Below, in pieces: positions 42,072 through 51,619 of a stretch of 64,000 nt of DNA (positions are counted from its first letter, which is position 1; each line of letters starts with the position of its first letter). The notes beneath the pieces are model-generated. The model was not told the origin of the DNA. It was given only the letters and a program-made list of their open reading frames with translations, and made no database searches. The position numbers and the translations under genes are program-made. This DNA is from a virus (Duplodnaviria; Caudoviricetes): IMG/VR virus record IMGVR_UViG_3300024493_000235, positions 1 through 64,000 of that record. One strand, 5' to 3'.

Positions 42072-42462
42072 TACGGTTACAATACCGGGATCTTTTTCTA
42101 TATGGATAGACGGCGGAAAATACTTTATCAAGATATATTCAAGCCAATGCTCAACGATTACAAGCGCTCAGCATGATACGACTTTCTATATAAAGAAAGA
42201 TTCGGATCTTTTTACTTTGTTTAAAGATCACATTTTTAACTACTGCAACCTGTTTGACTTTAGACCTCTTTTTCTATGCGATGCGTATTTTTCAATTCGT
42301 ATGATTACAGAAAACATTTCCACTAAGCGTATACAAAACGATAATGGGACTGTATTTGGAATTTCGGCAGACAGGACTGCAAACGGACAAGAAGAGCTTA
42401 TCTATTGTGCTGCTGAAAAGTTCATTGAAGCTGTGAAAAAGAGGGTACAACTCTTGATATAA
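42046..42462 (+). CDS. Hypothetical protein
   Basis: Start moved to ATG 42046 after AAGGA. Confidence 0.55.
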   Translation: MQNLKVVNNTVTIPGSFSIWIDGGKYFIKIYSSQCSTITSAQHDTTFYIKKDSDLFTLFKDHIFNYCNLFDFRPLFLCDAYFSIRMITENISTKRIQNDNGTVFGISADRTANGQEELIYCAAEKFIEAVKKRVQLLI

Positions 42463-42504
42463 AAACATAAAGATAAGTATATATCATACAAACAGGAGAT
42501 TATC

Positions 42505-42936
42505 ATGGCAGAGGAAAACGCTGTTATTTTTGATGACAATCAAAAGAGGCTCACGAAAGAGCTTATTACATCAACCGTATCTTTTAACTCAACGGACATC
42601 AAAGCTTTTGCTACAATTGGGGCACTAAAGTACGAAGATGCCCAAGCTCTTCAAGGAGAACTCGCATCGCAAGTTGTTCCTGAAGAGAAGACAAAATGTT
42701 GTACGGCCCTTCATAAGAAAGCTGTACTCCTTACGGCCAAACAAAAACAAGATCCGTTATACGAAGAGTTCATAAAACTCTTTTCGGCCATTCAGAAAGT
42801 TTCGGACGACCTTGAAGCTAAGTATGGCGCTGAAGCAAGTGTAAATACAGGGAGCCTTATAGGGAAACTTGATAAGAGACTTTCCGACACACACGCATGC
42901 GAAGACACACGGCAAAAACTTGGGATATTTGCGTAA
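42505..42936 (+). CDS. Hypothetical helical protein
   Basis: CAGGAG RBS; both promoter motifs upstream (42464-42475, 42478-42487); terminator 42941-42971. Confidence 0.7.
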   Translation: MAEENAVIFDDNQKRLTKELITSTVSFNSTDIKAFATIGALKYEDAQALQGELASQVVPEEKTKCCTALHKKAVLLTAKQKQDPLYEEFIKLFSAIQKVSDDLEAKYGAEASVNTGSLIGKLDKRLSDTHACEDTRQKLGIFA

Positions 42937-43019
42937 AAATAATATGCAAGGCCATTATGGCCTTGCATATTTTATGTGTAAAGATAGGCTAACATGGAAA
43001 TAAACAAAAAGGAGCTATT

Positions 43020-43148
43020 GTGGTAAATGTGCTTATATCAGGTTTTATTTTACTGGCAGCGTTAGTCTTACTTGTGTATCCCGTTTGTAATAATAAATGG
43101 TTTGATGCAAAAGCTGACATTAAAAATGAACCTCAAGGAGAAGAATGA
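43020..43148 (+). CDS. 42-aa single-TM peptide (not in ORF track)
   Basis: GTG start after AAGGAG; MVNVLISGFILLAALVLLVYPVCNNKWF..; ATGA overlap with the polymerase gene. Confidence 0.5.
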   Translation: MVNVLISGFILLAALVLLVYPVCNNKWFDAKADIKNEPQGEE

Positions 43149-45112
43149 TGCATGTAACTGAAAACGCATTTCTTCAGAAATATATTCGTGAGGCCACTTG
43201 TATTATTTCTAGCATGTACAAGGATCTCGATGAATCTTTTATAGAAGCCTTTGTGAAAAAACAGATAGTTGCACATTGTAAAGATCAACCTGTGGCTATT
43301 TCAAATACATATACAGAAGAATCGGGAAGCTCATCGCTTTTAAATATACTTCACTATCTTGAAAGTCAAAAACCTATAATTACAAGTAACGGTGTTATAT
43401 ATAAACCTCATAGGGAACACGTAGCACCTGTTGTAACAATGATTATATCCATGCAGAAAGAAAGAAAAGATGTTAAGAAGGATATGTTTAAAGCGAAGAT
43501 GGAAAAGAATACAGATGATTACGAGAGACTGGATTTACTTCAAGCCAATATTAAAGTTTCTCTTAACTCCCTTTACGGTTCCATGGCAGAGAAAAACTCT
43601 TTTCCTTACAATGCATCTTGTGCCGCAGCTATTACAGGACAAGCTCGTACAATAATATCTGCAACAATGTGGTTTTTAGAAACGTTCTTAGCAAACAACG
43701 TATTTTTTCAAACGATAGATGAAATGACACATTACATGTATCTTATTCTGTCGGAAGAAAATAACCTTGAAAAATATAGTGTTATAAAAGAAGTTCCGTC
43801 TGTTGATACTATCGTTAAGTACTACATGAGTAAATACGAAAATGTCCAAGATAGGCAGTTAGCACAGGCGATTGTATATATGATAGCTTCGAATGCTACA
43901 GACACACAGAGAATAAAGTTGTACTATAAGTGCAATCTTTACGCGTTTATAAACGAATGTCCTGATGTAAAGGATATCATATTTTCAATCATACGAAGCG
44001 ACGTAGGATTCCATGATTCCAGTAAACCTCCTCCCGAATTTGAAGAGCCTCTTAGGGTTCTATGGGGTTTTATTGAGGAATTTGTATACATGGAAAACTA
44101 TATTCTCTACGATAAAATCGAGAGATACAAAACGCATACAAGAAAAGTTGTCTGTTATTCTGATACAGACTCTGTTTTTATATATACAGGGGATTGGTTA
44201 TTTCGCATTATGTGTGAAGATAAAAACATTGCGTTTTCTGACATAAAGATGACACAAATTGATATTCATTACGCAATGAAAACCATCAATATCCTCATGT
44301 ACATGATCAACACAGCAATCCATAAAACATACGGAACTTTGGCAAATAACTGCGGCGTAGCTCAAGAATACCATAAGTACCTTTCTATAAAGAATGAGTA
44401 TCTTATGGATAGATACATCTCATACGACATGCAGAAAAACTACATCTATCGTAACGTGGTTAACGAAGGTAACGTATTAGATCCTCCAGAATTTGAATCC
44501 AAAGGGATTCATCTTAACTCGAAATCAAAGAACTCAGTTGTAATGAAACGTCTTAAAGATATGGTAAAACATGTCACAATGGATTTCGACACAATACAAC
44601 CTGAAGTCTTGTTATACGAAATTTGCACGTTCAGAGACGAAATTATTTCATCTATTGAAAAAGGAGAAGTTAAATATCTTACTCCTGTAAAGATAAAAGA
44701 AATGGATTCGTATAAAAATCCCTATAGCATGTATACAGTACGAGCTATTGAAGCGTACAGAATTGCAACAAGGGATAAAAATCTCCAAATACCCGGAACG
44801 TTTTACATAATCGATATGAAAGGTTTAGAAACTGAAGAAAAGTTGGAACCTATACGAGCAGAATACCCTGACGTATATGATAGGTTAAAGACCGAATTCT
44901 TTGGTGATAAAAACTTAAGGAGATCCGGAATTGAATACATCGCAATTCCAATGAGATTCCAAGAGATACCCAGATGGATTATTCCTTATATTGATATCAC
45001 GGAAATTTGGAGAAAACATTTGAATCCTGCTATCGCGCTTCTTGGAAGTGTGGGGATACAGAAAAATGTCATTTCAGGAAAGCAGTATCATTCTACGGTA
45101 CTGAAATTTTAA
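43145..45112 (+). CDS. Family B DNA polymerase, polymerase subunit of a split phiKZ-like enzyme
   Basis: Motif B KVSLNSLYG, motif C YSDTDSVF, ITSNG, KNY..KG; no exonuclease domain or DxxSLYPS motif A seen. Confidence 0.85.
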   Translation: MMHVTENAFLQKYIREATCIISSMYKDLDESFIEAFVKKQIVAHCKDQPVAISNTYTEESGSSSLLNILHYLESQKPIITSNGVIYKPHREHVAPVVTMIISMQKERKDVKKDMFKAKMEKNTDDYERLDLLQANIKVSLNSLYGSMAEKNSFPYNASCAAAITGQARTIISATMWFLETFLANNVFFQTIDEMTHYMYLILSEENNLEKYSVIKEVPSVDTIVKYYMSKYENVQDRQLAQAIVYMIASNATDTQRIKLYYKCNLYAFINECPDVKDIIFSIIRSDVGFHDSSKPPPEFEEPLRVLWGFIEEFVYMENYILYDKIERYKTHTRKVVCYSDTDSVFIYTGDWLFRIMCEDKNIAFSDIKMTQIDIHYAMKTINILMYMINTAIHKTYGTLANNCGVAQEYHKYLSIKNEYLMDRYISYDMQKNYIYRNVVNEGNVLDPPEFESKGIHLNSKSKNSVVMKRLKDMVKHVTMDFDTIQPEVLLYEICTFRDEIISSIEKGEVKYLTPVKIKEMDSYKNPYSMYTVRAIEAYRIATRDKNLQIPGTFYIIDMKGLETEEKLEPIRAEYPDVYDRLKTEFFGDKNLRRSGIEYIAIPMRFQEIPRWIIPYIDITEIWRKHLNPAIALLGSVGIQKNVISGKQYHSTVLKF

Positions 45113-45128
45113 TAAAAGGAGAAAACGA

Positions 45129-45887
45129 ATGAGTTATAACAATTCACCTGGAGGCGGAAAATTATATTCGACCCCGTTTCTTAATGTCGATTTAGGAACT
45201 ACTTTCACAAGAGCCGGTAAAGCCTATAAACTTTCCATCACTAACAACTACAAGTTTAGGATTCAAGTTACGACCGCCAAGCAAGAAGCCGACGGGACAA
45301 AGAAATGGGATTTCTTACATAATTCCACAACTCTCGTTCTTTCATGGAACGATATGTATAGGCTTTATATGGCTGCAACAGAAATGGCAAAAATTTATGT
45401 TGCACGTACAAGCGGAAAAATCGACTTAACAGATCCGAAAAATAAAGTTTATACAACAAAGTCAATTCGTCTTCCATTGGTATCGGGAGCTACTGGTGCC
45501 ATATATGGCGAAATAATTGTAGGAGTATGTCAAGACCCGAACAGCCGAGGAGAAGAAACTTTTGCGTTTTCTTACAGCACAACGAACAAATCGAACGAGA
45601 CTACAAGGGATTCTATCATATTCGATAGGGCGCAGGGAAACGATGGAATATTCGAATATAACGATGGTCCTACAAAAATCCATGAATCCTTTAACACCAA
45701 TTTAGGATTTACGGACTTCGTAACACAACTTGAATCCTGCGTCAAATTCGGCAAAATCATATTCGGGTTGTATTCGGCTGGAAGTAGGTCTTCAAGTAAA
45801 GGAGGATATTCTTCAGGCGGAAGTCAAGGAGGAGATGCAGGCTCTTCGTCATCTCCATACGAAGACGACTCGAATTCGATATTCTAA
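45129..45887 (+). CDS. Putative single-stranded DNA-binding protein
   Basis: Beta-rich core, Gly/Ser-rich linker and acidic tip ending in Phe (PYEDDSNSIF); directly after the DNA polymerase. Confidence 0.5.
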   Translation: MSYNNSPGGGKLYSTPFLNVDLGTTFTRAGKAYKLSITNNYKFRIQVTTAKQEADGTKKWDFLHNSTTLVLSWNDMYRLYMAATEMAKIYVARTSGKIDLTDPKNKVYTTKSIRLPLVSGATGAIYGEIIVGVCQDPNSRGEETFAFSYSTTNKSNETTRDSIIFDRAQGNDGIFEYNDGPTKIHESFNTNLGFTDFVTQLESCVKFGKIIFGLYSAGSRSSSKGGYSSGGSQGGDAGSSSSPYEDDSNSIF

Positions 45888-45888
45888 T

Positions 45889-46734
45889 ATGAAGTACGAT
45901 CAAGACGATTCAGGGCTCGCTTATTTGGCACAATGTATTAGAGAAAATATTGTGCCAAATATAGTGGGTACCGGATCTAAAAGCGTTCTTGAAAAACAAT
46001 CATTCATAATCCAATGGGAAATGATTCAATCTCTTGAAACAGGCATTCTATTTATGCTAGGGTTAATTCATAATTCAGGAGATGAAATTGTTAGAATGCT
46101 TGATACAGAAATCGTAAGTAAAATTTCTTTTTCCGATGTGTGGCATAGAAAAGAGGATACCGTATTTGATCTTATCTTTGCACGTCACGAAGAGAAAGGG
46201 ATCATAATCTCACAAGAACACAAAGATTATATCAAGAATAAAGTATTTAAGACCATTCAAAACGATCCTTCAGGACTTTTGTATTCGGTGTCCCCCTTCT
46301 TAGTATTCTTAAACGCCCTTATTAATCTATATTCTGACAGGATGATAAAAAAAATGATTTTGGTTATACCAAAAGAATATACACATCCTGCAAACGAAAA
46401 ACCTTTTAAAATCATGGCGCCATACTTTCCACAGGATGAATCATACCCTATTTATATCGACATAACAGAAAAATCGTTTTGTGATTATATTTTGAGCTTT
46501 TCTAAAAAAGACTTAGACGAATCTGTAATTGTAACGGATTCTAAAGAGTTGCTTGAAAAATCCGTTGAAGCTGATATCATAACAAACGCATCTTTTGTAT
46601 TTCCAGAATGTGAAAGATCCGGTTTTGACCTTCAATATCAAGACGCTCTTTTAATCACAAAACCTGCAAATGAATATATTCTGTATACGCAAAAAGCTCT
46701 CCTTATGAGAGATAAAAACAAAAAGCCTTTTTGA
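45889..46734 (+). CDS. Hypothetical protein
   Basis: Start moved to ATG 45889, adjacent to the upstream stop. Confidence 0.65.
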   Translation: MKYDQDDSGLAYLAQCIRENIVPNIVGTGSKSVLEKQSFIIQWEMIQSLETGILFMLGLIHNSGDEIVRMLDTEIVSKISFSDVWHRKEDTVFDLIFARHEEKGIIISQEHKDYIKNKVFKTIQNDPSGLLYSVSPFLVFLNALINLYSDRMIKKMILVIPKEYTHPANEKPFKIMAPYFPQDESYPIYIDITEKSFCDYILSFSKKDLDESVIVTDSKELLEKSVEADIITNASFVFPECERSGFDLQYQDALLITKPANEYILYTQKALLMRDKNKKPF

Positions 46735-46811
46735 GTATATATAATATACAGTAAGGAGGAAGTGAATCAGTAGATTCATTTATTATATTTTCGTGCAAGG
46801 AGTTTAAAAAC

Positions 46812-47171
46812 ATGAATATTATCAATTTGACCGGAGCCGCTGTTCGAATATTACGGTGCCCGAATACAGACGATAAAAGCGTCTTGATGTTTCCGCCGTA
46901 TGTAGATAACGGAAAACTCGTAACATGTGATGCCACACAAAGTAACGTACAGCTCGGATTCTTTGACAACGTTCCTGTGGAAACTGTGAATATAACTCCA
47001 GTTCTTCCACAACAATTGGACAATACGTTATTCATCGTACCAGAATATGTCGCCGCCGCGTGTCCTTGGAGAAACGATTTAATCTTTCCTAAGGATATTG
47101 CTATTCCATCAAAACAAGAAAACGGCCTTGATGTCTACAGGACATTCCAACGATACAATATCGTCACCTAA
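46812..47171 (+). CDS. Hypothetical protein
   Basis: AAGGAG RBS; early-type motif 46736-46745; terminator 47184-47206. Confidence 0.65.
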   Translation: MNIINLTGAAVRILRCPNTDDKSVLMFPPYVDNGKLVTCDATQSNVQLGFFDNVPVETVNITPVLPQQLDNTLFIVPEYVAAACPWRNDLIFPKDIAIPSKQENGLDVYRTFQRYNIVT

Positions 47172-47240
47172 ATCTAAATCTCACTCTGGGGCGTTTTGCC
47201 CCAGAGCTAAATTTTTTGAAAACCTTTTAAGGAGGGATAC

Positions 47241-47606
47241 GTGAAAAAATTATTGAACCTATCTTATGCACAAAAATGGACAATAATGCAAGACATGTTT
47301 GACGGTACTTTCCGAAAAAATCTCAGTGATAAAGAACTTTATACTGCGGAAGAGAAATGGTGTAAGAAAAACAATTACTCGTATGAAGAGATGCAAAAAG
47401 TGTGCGCGATATTTGAAAACATCTCTGATACGTTCGGCATACACGATCCGATAGATTATAACAGCAAAAATCGCAAAGAAAGTTTCTTTTCTTTTGCTAC
47501 CGATTTAAAGGACATATGCAAGGATATGTTAGATGACATGGCAATCATTTTCATTGAGAATGATATAGATTTTCACTTTGCGCAAAAAGGAGTTACAGAC
47601 GCATGA
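47241..47606 (+). CDS. Hypothetical protein, paralogue A
   Basis: LSYAQKW..WCKKNNY..FENISDTFGIHDP. Confidence 0.65.
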   Translation: MKKLLNLSYAQKWTIMQDMFDGTFRKNLSDKELYTAEEKWCKKNNYSYEEMQKVCAIFENISDTFGIHDPIDYNSKNRKESFFSFATDLKDICKDMLDDMAIIFIENDIDFHFAQKGVTDA

Positions 47607-47968
47607 AAAACACCAATGATTTAACTTGGAGAGAAAAATGGGCTATTATCTGTGACTTCGTCGATTTTCTTTTTCCTGAAAGTAAAATTGCCGAAGAAAA
47701 CAAAGGAAGATTGCTTGATATCGATTTCGATAAAAGCATGGCTGCGTTTTGCGAGAAAAACGATTATAATCCGGAATCTGTTACGGATTTATGGAGGGAC
47801 TTCGAAGATCTCTCAAACATGTTTGGGGTTCGATCTCCCACAGAATTTGACAGAACCGCCGATGATTATAAGGATACAAGTTTTGACGTATTCGCATACG
47901 AGCTTGCGGAGCTTTCTGATTATCATATCAAGATGATCTCCGGTATTATATCCGAAGGTAAAGGCTAA
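47603..47968 (+). CDS. Hypothetical protein, paralogue B
   Basis: LTWREKW..FCEKNDY..FEDLSNMFGVRSP; same length (121 aa). Confidence 0.65.
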   Translation: MKNTNDLTWREKWAIICDFVDFLFPESKIAEENKGRLLDIDFDKSMAAFCEKNDYNPESVTDLWRDFEDLSNMFGVRSPTEFDRTADDYKDTSFDVFAYELAELSDYHIKMISGIISEGKG

Positions 47969-48213
47969 TGAAACCTTTAATACGCTATGACTTCTTTATG
48001 AGAGCGTGGGCATTACCGGATTATTGTTGGACAACACATCCTGAAAGAGGAGGATATTCTGCTAGATATTTCTGGAACAAAACAAGGGCAAAAAAGGCGC
48101 TTAAATTATATCGAAAACTCGGTCGATGCCTCACGATAAAAGACGTGGAGGATATGGAAAGAGAACTCGACGCACACCTTGATAAAGTTCCCAGAAAAGG
48201 CAGAAGATGGTAA
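47968..48213 (+). CDS. Small basic hypothetical protein
   Basis: 81 aa; TAATG coupling; terminator 48218-48238. Confidence 0.55.
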   Translation: MKPLIRYDFFMRAWALPDYCWTTHPERGGYSARYFWNKTRAKKALKLYRKLGRCLTIKDVEDMERELDAHLDKVPRKGRRW

Positions 48214-48581
48214 CTATATAGGGCGATTTTCGCCCTATTTTTTGTTTAAAACAAAGAAAAATTAGATTATACATATTGGATTTATTCAAAGGATTTGTGG
48301 AACCAATATCAAGATGAACTCACAATATCCCAATTGCGGTATAGGGATAATTGGAATAATCCAACTATTCAGAGAACAATCGATTATGCTATATACTGCT
48401 GGGAAAACAGAGAGAAATTATTCGGATAAAGTACGCAATTACTGACGCGCCGCTTTATGCGGCGCTCAGTTTTTATTTGTTTTCCTGTACATAATAAAGG
48501 TAGTAATGCATTCTATGGGTTATTTTATTTTTTTTGGCCGTTTTTAACATCTTTATAAACTCGTATAACAAGAGGTGAATC

Positions 48582-50171
48582 ATGATTCTTGATATTATGG
48601 ATGTCGATAAATTTGTAGCAACCAATTATTTACAAGAAGTGACATCCAATTTATATTTTGATGATGCAGGAAATCCCGATCCTGATGGACTTCTCTCCAT
48701 CAGAATTTTTGGGCCTCCTGGAAGCCCAGAAAGAAAACTACGTATGGCATATATAGATTTAAAGCATCAATATTTACATCCGCATGTATACACAATATTG
48801 ACCCAAATGGACAAAAAAATGGGATCTCTTATATCCGGGTCAAAATACTTTAAATTCGATGATAAAACTAAGTTCTTCGTAGAAGCTTCCGATGACGATC
48901 CTGCATCCGGTACTGGACTTGATTTTTTGTATCTTCATTGGGATAACCTATTCTTTAAAAGAACCGGTTCGATGAAAAGAGAAAACAGACTTCATATGTT
49001 ATCTTTACTTAAAAAGAACGAAGTTTTTATTACAAAACAGGTTATAATTCCAGCTTTCTTTAGAGATATGACTGGAAACCGTGATAAAATAAATCCTATT
49101 AATACTCTTTATAAACAGCTTTTTAATGGTGTGAGTGTATTAAAAACCCTTGGTACAACAAATTTTACATACAATTTATCCAGAGCCGGGGTACAACTAA
49201 CAATCAATAAAATATTTGATTATTTTATGGATCTTCTTAAATTAAAAGAAGGATTCTTACAAGCATCTGTTATGTCAAAATCTATTGATTATGGCGTACG
49301 TACCCTTATTACAGCTCCAACATTTTCAGCAAATTCTTGGAAGGATATGCCTGCAGATTATGAGCATATTGCAGTTCCACTTGTACAATGTATATCAGAA
49401 TTTACGATAGCAATTATTACATGGATTGAACAATGGGTAAATTCGATTGTCCAAGGAAGGGTTAATATGTACATTTGGGATACAGCAGAACAAAAAGCTG
49501 TGTTAAAAAACCTTTCAGAAGATTGGAAAAGTGATTTCTCGTCAGAAGCAATTGAGAAAAAAATATACGAATTTGCTATGACACCAGAGATGCGGTTTTA
49601 TCCTGTCACAATAAAATTTGAAAACGAAGAGCGAAAACCGTTTGCATTTATATCAGATAACAAAGACCTTGTAATGGAATCCGGAACAATCGATCCTGAA
49701 AAAATGAAAAAAATCCGATATTACACATGGACGGATGTTTTTTTCTTAGCCGCAATGGAGTGTGCAGCAGATATGGCAATCTATACAACACGATATCCCG
49801 TAACAACTCATCACAGTCAATATTTTGCAAAGTGTCGAGTTCGCTCTACATTTAGGACAATGGAAATGCTCATAGGTGGAACAAAGTATACAAATTATCC
49901 TGTTGTGGATATTACAGCTCCGACAGATACAATCGAATCGATGTTCATAGATTCTCTTGAGTTATTTCCGCCATATATCGGAACTCTTGGTGCCGACCAT
50001 GATGGGGATCAAGTTTGTTGTAGGGGATTGTATTCCTATGAAGCGAATAAATGGGTTGACCAGTATGTATCTTCTCCCGCAAATGCTATCGGTATGGATG
50101 GAGGATCTGTTAGAACTTCTGGAGATGTTGGAACCCATACATTGTATAATCTTCTGCGAAATCCCGATTAA
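48582..50171 (+). CDS. rpoC: Phage RNA polymerase beta-prime N-terminal/catalytic subunit (probably virion RNAP)
   Basis: PDGLLSIRIFGP, RMAYIDL, SKSIDYGVR, TRYP, catalytic LGADHDGDQ; late-type motif 48546-48557. Confidence 0.88.
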   Translation: MILDIMDVDKFVATNYLQEVTSNLYFDDAGNPDPDGLLSIRIFGPPGSPERKLRMAYIDLKHQYLHPHVYTILTQMDKKMGSLISGSKYFKFDDKTKFFVEASDDDPASGTGLDFLYLHWDNLFFKRTGSMKRENRLHMLSLLKKNEVFITKQVIIPAFFRDMTGNRDKINPINTLYKQLFNGVSVLKTLGTTNFTYNLSRAGVQLTINKIFDYFMDLLKLKEGFLQASVMSKSIDYGVRTLITAPTFSANSWKDMPADYEHIAVPLVQCISEFTIAIITWIEQWVNSIVQGRVNMYIWDTAEQKAVLKNLSEDWKSDFSSEAIEKKIYEFAMTPEMRFYPVTIKFENEERKPFAFISDNKDLVMESGTIDPEKMKKIRYYTWTDVFFLAAMECAADMAIYTTRYPVTTHHSQYFAKCRVRSTFRTMEMLIGGTKYTNYPVVDITAPTDTIESMFIDSLELFPPYIGTLGADHDGDQVCCRGLYSYEANKWVDQYVSSPANAIGMDGGSVRTSGDVGTHTLYNLLRNPD

Positions 50172-50176
50172 AAACT

Positions 50177-50201
50177 ATCCAGGGCCATTATGGCCCTGGA
50201 T
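50177..50201. terminator. Bidirectional terminator with GGCCATTATGGCC core
   Basis: ATCCAGGGCCA-TTA-TGGCCCTGGAT between convergent genes. Confidence 0.75.
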
Positions 50202-50211
50202 GTTATTTTTG

Positions 50212-51612
50212 TTATATAGCTTTATGAAAAGTGAGAACAGACATGCTGCTCATGGGTTCATTTTCTTGAGCTGATATCGCGTGTCTTGCATCATACAGTT
50301 TATAATCTCCGCCGTATTCGGCTTCAACAATCGGATCCATCAAGAATGTGATTTTATAACTGCGATTAAATGTGAATATTGTATAATCAGCATCAGAAAG
50401 TTGCATGACAATAGCTCTTTGAGAAAATTGAAGATTCAAGATGTATTCGTCCAGAAGATAATTATTAGATAGCTCATTATGAAAGTATCGCACTTTATCT
50501 TTTGCATCCGGATTTGATCCCTTTATGCCAGTATTGAATTGTGGCATTGCAGGTGAGCCACCCCATTTTTCATCATCGAATGTAACCGATCCTTCAGCGT
50601 ATTGAGATGCAAAAACTTTAATGATGCTTCCTTGCAACTCTTTTAACGCTTCTGCTGTATTTATAGGTGTGAAACATTCAGGTCCTCCACATGTTACAAT
50701 GTACCTAGAACCGTCTGAATCTTTGTAGTATCCTATTGTATTCGGATACACTTGATTTGGAGGAACCACAAAGATGTGAACTTTATCAAACTCATCTTTT
50801 GGAACAGCATATTTATTAGAGTATTTTGGAATGACATACAAGTATTTTAAATCCTGGTATATCAAAAGTCCTGTAGAATAAATACCATACACAGTTTGCA
50901 TAAACGAACAAAAGTCACGTAAGTTCCACGGTGGAACTGTTACTTGCATTTCTTTGTTGTCGTTATCAGGATTTTGCAATATTACAGAATCTTTTTCTTT
51001 TACAAAGAATGATATCCCATATGCTAGTACATCAAATGGGCGAACGTTTTTTCCAGCGCCAGGTTTTAAAGCATTTAAATTTACAGCATTTTTAAACCTG
51101 TTGCGATGAGCGATACAACTTAAATTAAGGGTTATATCTTTTAGTTGTTGTGCTACACTCGGATCCGCATTATAAGTGCCGTCTTCATTTTCTGTAATAG
51201 TCGGATTTTCTGTTATAGACAATGTCACATCTTCCGGTGTTTCTATAAGAGCTTGAAATATATTTGAGAATAATATCCTCTCTTCTACTATGGCGTCTTT
51301 TTCACTGATAATATTCTCATTGGACCTTTGTTCATCGTATACAACCATAGAAAGGGACACAGATAAATCCTCACGATAATTCATCATTTGTATATGCTGA
51401 TCTTTGTCGACAGTGATAACTACACGTAAAACAGGAAATGTCACAGCCCCAGAATCCAGCACTTCATATGGCGCATCCTGTTTTAGTATAGCTTTTATGA
51501 CAACTTTGTCTTTTGCTTGTACAATAGTTTTTCCATCAGAAGTTCCGTATATATGAAGGTCGTAACCGTAACGAGCCTTACATATTTTTTCTACTTCAGG
51601 CATGTCTGACAT
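50212..51612 (-). CDS. Probable virion structural protein (baseplate-hub-like)
   Basis: 466 aa, beta-rich, in a late-motif operon; the hub resemblance is a recollection only. Confidence 0.4.
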   Translation of the reverse strand: MSDMPEVEKICKARYGYDLHIYGTSDGKTIVQAKDKVVIKAILKQDAPYEVLDSGAVTFPVLRVVITVDKDQHIQMMNYREDLSVSLSMVVYDEQRSNENIISEKDAIVEERILFSNIFQALIETPEDVTLSITENPTITENEDGTYNADPSVAQQLKDITLNLSCIAHRNRFKNAVNLNALKPGAGKNVRPFDVLAYGISFFVKEKDSVILQNPDNDNKEMQVTVPPWNLRDFCSFMQTVYGIYSTGLLIYQDLKYLYVIPKYSNKYAVPKDEFDKVHIFVVPPNQVYPNTIGYYKDSDGSRYIVTCGGPECFTPINTAEALKELQGSIIKVFASQYAEGSVTFDDEKWGGSPAMPQFNTGIKGSNPDAKDKVRYFHNELSNNYLLDEYILNLQFSQRAIVMQLSDADYTIFTFNRSYKITFLMDPIVEAEYGGDYKLYDARHAISAQENEPMSSMSVLTFHKAI

Positions 51613-51619
51613 ATTTTCC

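Noticed and set aside
22076-50171. Bacterial chromosome origin of gyrA/gyrB/rpoC
   Set aside because: Beta-prime is split and highly divergent, no ribosomal or metabolic neighbours are present, and the PolB and promoter motifs are phiKZ/AR9-like
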